Shown: positions 1-10,090, counted from the stretch's first letter. The stretch is 32,000 nt of DNA from Nanobdella aerobiophila (GCF_023169545.1 NZ_AP019769.1:420001-452000), one strand, 5' to 3'. The notes: generated by a model not told the origin, from the letters alone. Translations and numbers: made by a program.

Positions 1-294
1 TCTATCTGTACCTTTCTCATCTTCTGTAACTAATACTCCTATTGGTCTTGCGGATATTATAGAGCCTGGGAATAAGATATCATATGATATCACTAATACA
101 TCCAATGGATCTCCATCTTCTTCTAGTGTTTCTGGTATAAATCCATAATTAAATGGATAAAACATTGCCGTATATAGTATCCTATCTACCCTCATTACTT
201 TCTCTTCTTCATCAAATTCGTATTTTACATTACTTCCCTTTGGAATTTCTATAAAAACATTTATATCCTCTGGTGGATTCTTTCCAGCTTTCAT
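1..294 (-). CDS. ppa: Inorganic pyrophosphatase, N-terminal part (runs off the window start)
   Basis: Complement translation from the start at 294 reads [69 protein letters not shown]..., the soluble family I pyrophosphatase pattern ([18 protein letters not shown]). Not in the supplied ORF track. Confidence 0.95.
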   Translation of the reverse strand, partial: MKAGKNPPEDINVFIEIPKGSNVKYEFDEEEKVMRVDRILYTAMFYPFNYGFIPETLEEDGDPLDVLVISYDILFPGSIISARPIGVLVTEDEKGTDR

Positions 295-624
295 ATTTTA
301 AAGTTTTTTATTATTTTTATAAATTTAATATTAGAAAATAAAAATATTTTAATATTATATTTGTACTATATAAAAACCTAAATTCAACTAATTTATAACA
401 TAATATAATATAATTTTAATATTGATTACAATATTTAACTTTATTTATTACTATAGAATCATTAAATAATTAAATATTCCTATATTTTTAGAAAATAATA
501 CTCATATCTTTTCTAGAATATTTTATAACTCTTCCAATTTAGCTATATAATTATTTCTATTTATTATAGTATGTATAAAGCTAATATATGAAGATGAATA
601 AATTATATATTCATATCTATAATT

Positions 625-647
625 ATGAACTAGATAATCTAGTTCAT
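625..647. repeat. Perfect inverted repeat / short hairpin
   Basis: atgaactagat-a-atctagttcat, 11-bp arms around one base, followed on the + strand by a T-rich run. Confidence 0.6.
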
Positions 648-882
648 CCATTTTTTATAATTTTAATATCTTCTTTTATAATTTCTATAACTTTTTTAAC
701 ATTGAAATAACCTTCAATATCTTTTGATAGAATTACCTTCTAGACTCTTGATTTTTTCATTTAAATCTTATCGTTATTAATTAAAAAATATATTTAAAAT
801 ATTACCTTATAGTAGTCATATAATTGTTAGATTAATATATAAAATAACTATTTTTATAAACATATTTATCAAAAGATAGGTA

Positions 883-1080
883 ATGGGTAGAATATTACAT
901 AGTAAATTTAGAAGATATGCTGATAAGATACTAGACAAATATCAAGATATATTTACTAACGATTATAAAAAAAATGTGAAGATACTAAATTTAGTATCTA
1001 GAGTACCATCAAAAAGATTGAGGAATAAAGTAGCTGGATATATAACAAAGCAAATGAAATATAGATCACCAGTATCATGA
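883..1080 (+). CDS. rps17e: Small ribosomal subunit protein eS17 (S17e)
   Basis: 65 aa; VPSKRLRNKVAGYITKQM matches the archaeal S17e core. TGA stop overlaps the next gene. Confidence 0.9.
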   Translation: MGRILHSKFRRYADKILDKYQDIFTNDYKKNVKILNLVSRVPSKRLRNKVAGYITKQMKYRSPVS

Positions 1081-1364
1081 TGGCAGATCAAATCGTAATA
1101 TACATAGGAAATAAACCATTTATGAACTATGTAACAGCAGTAGTAATGCAATTTACAAGCCAAGATGCAAAAGAAGTTTTAATAAAGGCAAGAGGAAGAT
1201 TTATAGCAAGAGCAGTAGATGTAGCAGAAGTAGTAAGAAAGAAGTTCCTATCCGATCAGGTAGATATATCAAAAATAAAAATAGACTCTGAAGAGAGACA
1301 AGTAGATCAGGGAGGAAAGAAAAGAAGAGTATCTACAATAGAAATATTATTAGCAAAGAAGTAA
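1080..1364 (+). CDS. albA: DNA/RNA-binding protein Alba
   Basis: MADQIVIYIGNKPFMNYVTAVVMQF...ARGRFIARAVDVAEVVRKKFL is a typical Alba sequence. Alternative in-frame ATG at 1077. Confidence 0.93.
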   Translation: MADQIVIYIGNKPFMNYVTAVVMQFTSQDAKEVLIKARGRFIARAVDVAEVVRKKFLSDQVDISKIKIDSEERQVDQGGKKRRVSTIEILLAKK

Positions 1365-1451
1365 TATTTTTCAGATTTTATTTTTTGAAATATTATTATT
1401 TTATAAAAGATTATATATTTTTAAACTGTTTATTAAAAATTAAATAATTAT

Positions 1452-1526
1452 AGCGGAGTAGGGCAGCTAGGAGTGCCCGGGGGGCTCATAACCCCCAGGT
1501 CGGAGGTTCAAATCCTCCCTCCGCTA
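1452..1526 (+). tRNA. Initiator tRNA-Met (CAU)
   Basis: Cloverleaf folded by eye: acceptor AGCGGAG/CTCCGCT, D-stem GGGC/GCCC, anticodon stem GGGGG-CTCATAA-CCCCC with three consecutive G:C pairs at the loop side, T-arm GGAGG-TTCAAAT-CCTCC. A1:U72 and the GGG/CCC anticodon stem mark it as initiator. CCA not encoded. Confidence 0.95.
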
Positions 1527-1530
1527 AATT

Positions 1531-2871
1531 TTATTGAGGTTTTTGCGATAGATATAAATTAAATATATGTTCTAAAGCCTTTTTATTATCATCGAAATCA
1601 TCTTTTTTATATGATTTAGTGCTTTTTATTATATCTTCTAGATTATATAGTTTTGTATTTTTAAAGATAATTGATTTATAATCAAAATAATTATTTTCTC
1701 CTATAATATCTTTGTATATGTCATCTATAAATTTATTATCATTTGTATCGCTAGAACATATAACTTCTGACTCTTCTTTTTTACAATATTTAAATATTTT
1801 TATCTTTTTTATACTATCTATTAAATCTTTAGTATTTTCTAATAATAAAGATTCTAAAGTTTTGCTATTTGTAGGTACTTCTAATCCTGAAGCTATATCT
1901 ATATAATTTATATCATTTCCACCTCTAGTAATCTGATATAATGCAATATCAGATATCGAATATTTATTATCTACTACAGATTTTATTATCAATTCTATCG
2001 AAGAAGTTAGTTTATATAAAAATTCATCATATGGTAATTTTACATAAAAATTATTTAAATTATCTCTATCAAATTCAAATTTATAATCTAATCCAAGTAT
2101 ATATGAAGGTATTGTTGGATTTTTAACTATATCTGATATTATTAATGCTGAAAGATTATTTTTTGCAGTTAATATTGGCATTATATACATATCATACGTT
2201 CCTTCTTGGTAATATAATATATAGGGATTTTCTTGATAATATGGTTTGCTAATGTACCTTAATTCTTTTATATTTTTGTTATTGATAATTAAAGGCATTC
2301 CCAATAATAAAGGTACATAATATATTCCATATATATTCTTTTTTAATGCCCTGTATTTACTTTTTATATCTTTCTCTACGTCTATAGTATGGTCAGCTAA
2401 GAATTTAGAGTTATATGGTCTAATCTCGCTTAACTTTATTTTTTCCCCTTTTTTATTATATAATATTAAAGATTCTGGTAGCTTTCTTCTAAACTTCTCA
2501 ATATTAATATCCTTTCTTTTGTTACCTATTAAAGTTTCATATAATATTTCATCATCTTTTATTCTTATTGAAACCCTAAATTTATCAAAAGTACTACTCA
2601 CTAATTTTTGATAAAATTCCCCATAATTATTATAAAAATTTTTACCTATTATACCTCTATTTTTTAAACTTTTTAAATATTCTATATTCGGCAAGTATTC
2701 AGAGTAAATCTTTGGAAATATATCTTTTTTATCAGTGTATTCAGAACCATTATTTCCTATAAAAAAATATGAACAACTATTATATTCTTTATTTATTATC
2801 CTTCGAATATAATTTATGTATTCATTAAATGACTTTAGATTACATATTTCATCTATTATATTATTATCCAT
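1531..2871 (-). CDS. Uncharacterised protein, paralog of 3467..4744
   Basis: 446 aa ORF; shares RYISKPYYQENPY, YILGLDYKFEFD and SDIALYQIT...YIDIASG with the neighbouring ORF. Confidence 0.8.
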   Translation of the reverse strand: MDNNIIDEICNLKSFNEYINYIRRIINKEYNSCSYFFIGNNGSEYTDKKDIFPKIYSEYLPNIEYLKSLKNRGIIGKNFYNNYGEFYQKLVSSTFDKFRVSIRIKDDEILYETLIGNKRKDINIEKFRRKLPESLILYNKKGEKIKLSEIRPYNSKFLADHTIDVEKDIKSKYRALKKNIYGIYYVPLLLGMPLIINNKNIKELRYISKPYYQENPYILYYQEGTYDMYIMPILTAKNNLSALIISDIVKNPTIPSYILGLDYKFEFDRDNLNNFYVKLPYDEFLYKLTSSIELIIKSVVDNKYSISDIALYQITRGGNDINYIDIASGLEVPTNSKTLESLLLENTKDLIDSIKKIKIFKYCKKEESEVICSSDTNDNKFIDDIYKDIIGENNYFDYKSIIFKNTKLYNLEDIIKSTKSYKKDDFDDNKKALEHIFNLYLSQKPQ

Positions 2872-3466
2872 TTAGAAATTTCAATAAAAATATTTATATA
2901 TATTATTAATATATTACTTATAAAAGAGGAACAAAAATTTTAAGATTTGTATAATTTTAATTAATTTTTTATGTGATTTATATATAAAATATTTATAATA
3001 AATCTAGCATTTTATCATTGAGTTAATTATTTTTCTTATAATTTTCTATATATTATTTTTTTAATTATATAAAATCTATGAGTTATTAACTGGAAATTTT
3101 TGTTTTATTCTTATAAAGGAAATAGGTATATATATCTTCTAGATTAATTTCTTTAATTTTTATATTTAACACACTATTATTTAAGCTATAATTATAAAAT
3201 AAATTTAACTAGATCTTTTAAATCTCTTAAAACATAAATAGCAAATTTTCTTTTTACAACCATAGATCAGAATAAAGGAATATGATATATCAGAGTCAAA
3301 GACATAGGACTGGATTTGGAATACAGTATAAAGATATGGTTTTATAAAAGGAAAATATAGTTTTTTCAGTAGAGACTACCGACATTGCAGGCTTAGTATT
3401 TTTTCTCTTCTGCTTGCTTTAATAATTTAGTAATAATACATTAAAATATAATAGAAAACTTTTGGA

Positions 3467-4744
3467 TTAAAATTGTTTATATTCTTTAGCATATAGTTTA
3501 TGAATTTTTAATATATTACTTGTTATTTTTTCAAATTCATCTTCATCTAAAGAATCTACCATATCCATATAACCTTTTATATCAATTCCATTCTTAATTT
3601 TTTCTCCTAAATTATATGGTGTTTTTGTGTTGAATATATTATCTTTACAAACGATATAATTGTCTTTTATTTCACATCTTTTTAATATTTCAAATTTATC
3701 TGCATCTAATAATTCATTATATGCATTTTCTACTAAAGCTTTCAATCCTCCTTGATTAATTGCAACTCCAAATCCAGGAGCTATATCAATAAAAATTGGT
3801 TCCCTCCCATTAAAAGTTATTTGATATGGTCCTACATCTGATGGCACAAATTTCATATTAATAATAGATTTTAATGTTTTATCTATAAACTCGGTAGCTT
3901 TCCCTATAATATTGTCAATTTTTTCTTCTATCTTTATTTTATTTATAGCCTCTTTATCCAATTCAAATTTATATGATAATCCCAAAATATAAGGTTCAAA
4001 TGTAGGATGTCTTACTATACTCAGTAAAGTTAGATGACTTAAATAATTTTCTGATATACTTATTGGTTTTTTAACTATCTCATAAGGACCACCACAACCA
4101 TAAAATGGGGTTGAAGCAAAGGGGTTCTCCTGATAATATGGCTTACTAATATAAAGTATTTTTGGAAAATATTGTTCAAATGATAGAAGTAGATGAACGG
4201 CAAATATTGTAGGAATATATATAGGGCCAGTATGATTTTTTTCTATTTTTTTAATATTTTTTTCTAAATAGATATTAGGGAGTTCTACATAATATCTAAG
4301 TTCTGATAATTTCTTTTCCCTTTCATCCTGTGTATTTCCATCTTGTGCTGAAGTTTTTGTTAAAATCGTAGACTCTGGTAATTTAGTTCTATTTTGTAGT
4401 GAAGAAAGATAAATATCGTTTCTTCCCTTAAGAATATCCTTTTCATATATAATTTCTTTTTCTGTTTTTGTATGAAAAACCATCAATATTTTTTCAGGAT
4501 GTTTTTCTAATACTTCAGTAAGATCTCCTGAAAATCTTATCTCTTCAATGAAATTTTTATAAAAAGGTAAATATTGTAGTGGCAATATTGATGATTTTGA
4601 TATTGTAGTAGAATATTCTCGACCTACAGCAAGATAAGAAGCCGATCTAAAATCACCGTTTACATATTCTCTAATAAATCGTATATAATTATCATAATTA
4701 CTAGATTCTTCTAATTTTTTATCTAAATTATCTAAAGCGACCAT
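3467..4744 (-). CDS. Uncharacterised protein, paralog of 1531..2871
   Basis: 425 aa ORF; YISKPYYQENPF, YILGLSYKFELD and SDVGPYQIT...FIDIAPGFG are shared with the paralog. Confidence 0.8.
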   Translation of the reverse strand: MVALDNLDKKLEESSNYDNYIRFIREYVNGDFRSASYLAVGREYSTTISKSSILPLQYLPFYKNFIEEIRFSGDLTEVLEKHPEKILMVFHTKTEKEIIYEKDILKGRNDIYLSSLQNRTKLPESTILTKTSAQDGNTQDEREKKLSELRYYVELPNIYLEKNIKKIEKNHTGPIYIPTIFAVHLLLSFEQYFPKILYISKPYYQENPFASTPFYGCGGPYEIVKKPISISENYLSHLTLLSIVRHPTFEPYILGLSYKFELDKEAINKIKIEEKIDNIIGKATEFIDKTLKSIINMKFVPSDVGPYQITFNGREPIFIDIAPGFGVAINQGGLKALVENAYNELLDADKFEILKRCEIKDNYIVCKDNIFNTKTPYNLGEKIKNGIDIKGYMDMVDSLDEDEFEKITSNILKIHKLYAKEYKQF

Positions 4745-4840
4745 ATTTTGATTTATTTATATAAATTTTTTATAAATGTAACTATTTAAGAGTAATATTA
4801 TATATTTTACTTTTTAAGTATTTAATCAACATTCCTTATT

Positions 4841-6043
4841 ATGTTAATAGGTCTAACTGGAAAACCAAATGTAGGGAAATCAACAATGTTTAAAGCAATA
4901 ACATTACAAGATGTTGCAATAGCAAACTATCCATTTACGACAATCGATCCCAATAAAGGTTATGGTTTTGTTAAAGTAGAAGATGTAGGTCCTGAATTTA
5001 ATGTTAAGTCAAATCCGAGAAATGGATTTATAAAAGATAAGTACAGATTCGTTCCAATAGAAATTATAGATATAGCAGGTTTGGTGCCTGGAGCACATGA
5101 AGGTAAGGGGTTGGGTAATAAATTTTTAGATGATGTTAGACAAGCAGATTTATTAATACATGTCGTAGATATTTCTGGAAGTACAAATGCAGAAGGTCAA
5201 TACCTAGGTCCTGGTAATTATGATCCTTCAAATGATATAATATGGTATGAAGAAGAGATAAATTGGTGGTTTTTTAACATTATAAAAAAGAATTTGGAAA
5301 AAAATATAAGAAAAATAAAAAATGAACACTTAGAATTAGATAAAGAATTAGCAAAGTTAATATCAGGATTAAATATAAAAGAATACCATATATCAAAATC
5401 TTTTAAAGATTTAAATATAAATAACGATGATTATGATATATTAGATGATGATAACAAACTATTCCAGCTTGCTTCTACTATAAGAAAAAATTCTAAACCA
5501 ATTATTATCGCTGCAAATAGGATAGATATTAATATAGATATTGCTAAAAATAATTTGAAAAAATTAAAAGAAAAGTTTCCAGATAAGATTATTATACCAA
5601 CTTCAGGTTATGCAGAATTAATATTAAAAGAATTAGACAAAAAAGGTAAAATATATTATATACCGGGAGATAATCATTTTAAAATAATAGGAGATTTAAA
5701 TGATAAGGAAAAAAAGGCTATAGAATTTATTAAGGAGAAGATATTATTAGAATTTAATAGTACCGGAGTTCAAGATATCCTGAACTATTCTGTATTTGAT
5801 TTATTAAAGTATGTTGCTATATTTCCAGGTGGTATAGATTCATTAGCAGATAAAGAAGGTAGAATATTGCCAGATTGTTTTTTAATGCCTCCAGGAAGTA
5901 CAGTGCTAGATTTTGCAAATAGAATTCATTCAGATTTAGCAAAAAACTTTATAAAAGCAATAGATGTAAGAACAAAAAAAATGCTAGGTAAAGATTATAT
6001 ATTAAAGAATAGAGATATAATACAAATCATAGCTAATGCATAA
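4841..6043 (+). CDS. YchF-family (OBG-like/Ygr210-like) translation-associated GTPase
   Basis: G1 GKPNVGKST, PFTTIDPNKG, DIAGLVPGAHEGKGLGNKFLDDVRQADLLIHVVD, C-terminal TGS-like domain (ALPPGSTVLDFA-type region, AIDVRTKK). Confidence 0.9.
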   Translation: MLIGLTGKPNVGKSTMFKAITLQDVAIANYPFTTIDPNKGYGFVKVEDVGPEFNVKSNPRNGFIKDKYRFVPIEIIDIAGLVPGAHEGKGLGNKFLDDVRQADLLIHVVDISGSTNAEGQYLGPGNYDPSNDIIWYEEEINWWFFNIIKKNLEKNIRKIKNEHLELDKELAKLISGLNIKEYHISKSFKDLNINNDDYDILDDDNKLFQLASTIRKNSKPIIIAANRIDINIDIAKNNLKKLKEKFPDKIIIPTSGYAELILKELDKKGKIYYIPGDNHFKIIGDLNDKEKKAIEFIKEKILLEFNSTGVQDILNYSVFDLLKYVAIFPGGIDSLADKEGRILPDCFLMPPGSTVLDFANRIHSDLAKNFIKAIDVRTKKMLGKDYILKNRDIIQIIANA

Positions 6044-6045
6044 AC

Positions 6046-6055
6046 CTTTATAAAG
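6046..6055 (+). promoter_or_regulatory. Putative TATA box for rpoN
   Basis: ctttataaag about 25 nt upstream of the ATG at 6076, consistent with a short-leader or leaderless archaeal promoter. Confidence 0.5.
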
Positions 6056-6075
6056 TTGCGATAATATTATATAGA

Positions 6076-6273
6076 ATGATTATACCAGTTAGATGCTTTA
6101 CATGTGGCAGACCAATTGGACATTTATGGGAGAAATATAATGAATTGATAAACAGTGGGAAATCTGAAAAAGAAGCTTTAGATTATTTGGGCTTAGAAAG
6201 ATTTTGTTGTAGGCAAGTATTCTTAGGACATGTAGATCAGATACAATTAATAGCAAAGTTAAAGAAATTATAA
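6076..6273 (+). CDS. rpoN: DNA-directed RNA polymerase subunit N
   Basis: MIIPVRCFTCGRPIGHLWEKY...LGLERFCCRQVFLGHVD is the diagnostic Rpo10/RpoN sequence with zinc-binding cysteines. Confidence 0.97.
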   Translation: MIIPVRCFTCGRPIGHLWEKYNELINSGKSEKEALDYLGLERFCCRQVFLGHVDQIQLIAKLKKL

Positions 6274-6277
6274 ATAT

Positions 6278-7546
6278 ATGCTTTTTTTAAAATTATTTGG
6301 TTATATATTACCAATAATAATATCTATATTTGTAATATACATACTAGTAGGCATATACAGATATAATAAAAATTATATTAATTTAGATTCTCATAATTTT
6401 GATAAAAATAAAATCTTTATTTTAGTTCCTTTATATAATGAAAAATTAGAGAACTTTAAATTACAAATAAATTTGTATAAAAAATATAATATTTTATATA
6501 TATTAAATGGATCATTAGAACCTTATAAGAGTATTTTAGAAGAAAATAATATAAGATACATTTATATAGATGAAAAGAATAAAAAGAAAGCAGTATGGAC
6601 GGGTTTAGATTATATAAAGAAATTTAACCCAGAATATATATTATTATTAGATAGTGATACAATAATAACAGATAAAGACATAATAGAAGGTTTAAATTAT
6701 ATAGAAAAATTTAATATTTCTGCTCTATCCTTTAATATATTATATTATGGAAATAATATATATAACGATTTAATCAGTTTAATAAATCAAACATTTATAT
6801 ATATAAACAAAGGCTTTACAGGTAATAATAGATGTCATTTCTTATATGGTCAGTGTATTCTAGGAAAATTTGGTGATATATATGACGCATATAAATTAAT
6901 TTCTGAAAAATATATTAATAAAAAATTAGGAGATGACAGATTGTTAGCTTCTATATTGATAAATAATAATAAAAAAATATTTTATTTAGATAATAATTAT
7001 ATAATTACCGAAGGAATAAATTCTTTTAATGAATTAATAAAGAAATTTACTAGATATATGAGATCTTTAATTATTATATCAATAATTGATATTAAAGAAA
7101 GGTATATATTTAAAAAATCCATTTTTTATTATTTGTATTTATTTATATCTTTCTTACCATTAGTATTATATATTTATAACTTCTATACGATTTTAGGATT
7201 TATCTTATCATCAAAACATCTTTCCATATATATTGTAAAAGGATTATTTTATAAGATATTATATATTAATATTGTCTCTGATATAAGATTTTTATATAAT
7301 TTAATATTTTATAAAAATTGGATAAGTCATTTATTTAATTATCCGCATATATTTGTCCATTTGTTATATATCTTATTTAAATATTTTGTAATATCTTTCT
7401 ATATGATATCAATATATGCTATATATATAAAATATATCCATAAAAAGAGCCCTATATTATTATATATGCTTTTTTCTTTTATTTATCCTTTTATTTTGTT
7501 TTATTCTTTATTTACTTTTTTTAAGGATGATTGGTTGACAAGATAA
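6278..7546 (+). CDS. Membrane-bound family 2 glycosyltransferase
   Basis: N-terminal TM, IFILVPLYNEK, YILLLDSDTI, Q-x3-W-like TRYMRSL region and several C-terminal TM helices. Confidence 0.8.
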   Translation: MLFLKLFGYILPIIISIFVIYILVGIYRYNKNYINLDSHNFDKNKIFILVPLYNEKLENFKLQINLYKKYNILYILNGSLEPYKSILEENNIRYIYIDEKNKKKAVWTGLDYIKKFNPEYILLLDSDTIITDKDIIEGLNYIEKFNISALSFNILYYGNNIYNDLISLINQTFIYINKGFTGNNRCHFLYGQCILGKFGDIYDAYKLISEKYINKKLGDDRLLASILINNNKKIFYLDNNYIITEGINSFNELIKKFTRYMRSLIIISIIDIKERYIFKKSIFYYLYLFISFLPLVLYIYNFYTILGFILSSKHLSIYIVKGLFYKILYINIVSDIRFLYNLIFYKNWISHLFNYPHIFVHLLYILFKYFVISFYMISIYAIYIKYIHKKSPILLYMLFSFIYPFILFYSLFTFFKDDWLTR

Positions 7547-7938
7547 AATACATTTCTTATACTTAATAAAAAAATTGTTATACCGAAAAATAATATTATA
7601 GGATTTGGAAAAGTACCATAATTAGATGCTATATTTCTTACTGCTATATCTAATATATTGTTATCGTACAAAGTGAATGCAGAAAACAATATAAGTATAG
7701 AGATCATAAAAGATATTAAGTATCCATAATTATTATTCTTATATATTAAGTATATAGATATTATTGATATAAAAAGTATTATAAATAAAAATATTTCAAC
7801 AGATATAACAATATTATAATTAAATATTGGTTTGTATACTATATATGCCACTAAATCTAAAAATGTTTCTAGAGAAAACAAAGACATAAGTATTAATAAA
7901 ATTTCTTTCCTTATATTTATACCTTCTACTTTATCCAT
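7501..7938 (-). CDS. Small multi-pass membrane protein
   Basis: 145 aa with about four hydrophobic helices; converges on and overlaps the 3' end of the glycosyltransferase by 46 bp. Confidence 0.55.
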   Translation of the reverse strand: MDKVEGINIRKEILLILMSLFSLETFLDLVAYIVYKPIFNYNIVISVEIFLFIILFISIISIYLIYKNNNYGYLISFMISILILFSAFTLYDNNILDIAVRNIASNYGTFPNPIILFFGITIFLLSIRNVFYLVNQSSLKKVNKE

Positions 7939-8848
7939 TTTTCAGTTCTAATCTTATTTCGCATGCCCTGCATATCTCTCTCGTTGTTGGATAACCGCAT
8001 ATCTTGCATTTATTTAATTTTATATTATTCATATTTTTAAAATCTACTTTTGCATTATTAATAATTTCTAGTATATTTTTTAATAGTTCTTCATGAAATC
8101 CCTCATATATATTTTCAATATTATATAGTTTTGATCTTATATATTCTCTAAATTCGCCATTTATGAATGAACATTCGCCGTAGATGGGCGCCAGGTTATT
8201 TATTATAGAATATATATAATTTTCTTTTTCAGAATTAAAATAAAAAGGTTTTATTCTTGGTATGAAATCTGTTTCAATTATACCAGTATACGGTCCAGTT
8301 TTTAGAAGATCTTTTATATTATCTTCAAATATATTCATGATTATTGTTTGTAATTCATCATTTAAATTATGCGCAGTAGCAAATTTGTTTATATCTAGAT
8401 CTTTTGATGCTTTCCACATTAACCACCTTCTCCAGACTCCGCAGATTGTACAAGACTTCATATCTCTAGATATCTTTAATGCATCTTCTAATCTTGTATT
8501 AAAATAATCTTCAAATTTGTATATTTTTATTTCTATATTATATAACCTTGCAATTTCTAGTAATTTTAAAGTATCTTTATCCCTATACCCTTTTATACCT
8601 TCATCTATATGTACCCCATATACCTTTATATTAAAATATTCTGTGTATTTATTTAGGAAATATAATAGAGCATTCGAGTCTTTCCCCCCGGAAACTCCAA
8701 CACCAATAATATCTCCTTCTTTTATTAAACTATATTTTTCTATTGTTTTTATTGTTTTCTCTTCAAAGTATTTTATAAAATGATCTTTACAATAATATAG
8801 ATCCTTATATCTATATATTGCATTATTATTACAAAAAGAACATTTCAT
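7931..8848 (-). CDS. ncsA: PP-loop tRNA 2-thiolation protein (TtuA/NcsA/Ncs6 family)
   Basis: N-terminal CxxC zinc-finger-like motif, GVGVSGGKDSNALLY, TAHNLNDELQT, C-terminal CKICGYPT...CRAC. Confidence 0.88.
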   Translation of the reverse strand: MKCSFCNNNAIYRYKDLYYCKDHFIKYFEEKTIKTIEKYSLIKEGDIIGVGVSGGKDSNALLYFLNKYTEYFNIKVYGVHIDEGIKGYRDKDTLKLLEIARLYNIEIKIYKFEDYFNTRLEDALKISRDMKSCTICGVWRRWLMWKASKDLDINKFATAHNLNDELQTIIMNIFEDNIKDLLKTGPYTGIIETDFIPRIKPFYFNSEKENYIYSIINNLAPIYGECSFINGEFREYIRSKLYNIENIYEGFHEELLKNILEIINNAKVDFKNMNNIKLNKCKICGYPTTREICRACEIRLELKNG

Positions 8849-9861
8849 TTGTTTATTTCATGTATAAAATAATCTTTTATTGCCGGTACAACATCATATA
8901 TAAACTTGCCTTTTAGTTTTGTCCTAGTTAAATATTTATATTCTACCATCCTTTTTAGTATATTGGATATGGCATGTATTGTTGCATCATTATATCTTTC
9001 TTTAAATAGCTTTAATAATTCGTTAACAGTTTTAGGTCCGTATTTTGATATTATCTCAATTATATATTTTTGTTTTTCTGTTAGTTTTAATATATCGGTA
9101 GGTGGCCTTTTAGATTCATATATTTTATCAATTATAGATTTATCTACTATATTTTTTCTTTCTCTGTATGCTATTAATAATGCTTCATAAGAGTATTTCA
9201 GTATCTCTCTTGGTAGACCTCCAGATAGATTATATATCTCTTCTATAGCATCATCTGTAAATAGACCAGGGTTTCCAGATATCTCCAATCTCTTCTTAAT
9301 CAATAACTTTCCGCTTTCCGGATCTAGAGATTTAAGATATATTTTTGATAATATTCTTTCATATAATGTTCTGTGTTCTTTCAATAATCTTTCTTCTAAT
9401 TCCGGCAATCCAGATAATATAAATGTACAACTAGTCTGATCTGATAATATCTTTATCCACTCTAGCATATCATCTGTAAAGAAAGTTGCCTCATCAATAA
9501 ATATAATTAAATTTTTTTTATTTAAATATTCGAGTAGATTATATTTCTTAATTTTATATAATATCTTCTCCATTATAGTAAATTTCTCTTTAATATAGTC
9601 TTCAAATTCGCTTTTTTCTTTAAAAGGTCTGTATATATAAATTTTATTTTTTATTTTTAGATTATTAAATGTCCATAATAATAATGTTGTCTTACCAGCT
9701 CCAGTGGGTCCTGATATTAATATTATCTTTTCTTTTCCATTTATGGATGATATTAATTTTTCTCTCTCTAAGCTATATCCTACAAAAGTTTGCAGTATTA
9801 TTTCCAATCTAAATGGATTATCATTTAAATTAAAATACTTTAGTATTTCATTATCATTCAT
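8845..9861 (-). CDS. AAA+ ATPase with C-terminal winged-helix region (ExeA/Orc1-like)
   Basis: Walker A SGPTGAGKTT, Walker B LIIFIDEATF, sensor region FILSGLPELEER, C-terminal LTEKQKYIIEIISKYGPKTVNELLKLF helix-turn-helix-like segment. Confidence 0.75.
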   Translation of the reverse strand: MNDNEILKYFNLNDNPFRLEIILQTFVGYSLEREKLISSINGKEKIILISGPTGAGKTTLLLWTFNNLKIKNKIYIYRPFKEKSEFEDYIKEKFTIMEKILYKIKKYNLLEYLNKKNLIIFIDEATFFTDDMLEWIKILSDQTSCTFILSGLPELEERLLKEHRTLYERILSKIYLKSLDPESGKLLIKKRLEISGNPGLFTDDAIEEIYNLSGGLPREILKYSYEALLIAYRERKNIVDKSIIDKIYESKRPPTDILKLTEKQKYIIEIISKYGPKTVNELLKLFKERYNDATIHAISNILKRMVEYKYLTRTKLKGKFIYDVVPAIKDYFIHEINK

Positions 9862-9942
9862 CCTAAAATATTGATTATAAAAAATATTATTAAAGCTTAA
9901 AAATATAAAAAATCTAAATTAATAATCATTATAAAGGTCAAT

Positions 9943-10015
9943 AGCCCCGTCGTCTAGCGGCCCAGGATGTAGGGTTTTGGTCCCTGTGACCGGGGTTCGA
10001 ATCCCCGCGGGGCTA
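9943..10015 (+). tRNA. tRNA-Gln (UUG)
   Basis: AGCCCCG/CGGGGCT acceptor, anticodon stem TAGGG-TTTTGGT-CCCTG with anticodon TTG, T-arm CGGGG-TTCGAAT-CCCCG; 73 nt, no encoded CCA. Confidence 0.93.
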
Positions 10016-10090
10016 TGTCACTGTATCTAGATAGTTGAAGTTACCTTAAATGATAGACACTTTATAAATTGATAAGAATTTATTTTATAT

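Noticed and set aside
963-1163. Minus-strand 66-aa ORF
   Set aside because: Antisense across S17e and Alba, which are clearly real; no recognisable protein features.
1712-2126. Plus-strand ORFs of 64 and 61 aa (1712-1906, 1941-2126)
   Set aside because: Antisense to the 446-aa paralog gene; chance open frames.
8262-9190. Plus-strand ORFs at 8262-8507, 8517-8783 and 8906-9190
   Set aside because: Shadow ORFs opposite the NcsA-like and AAA+ genes, whose motifs are unambiguous.
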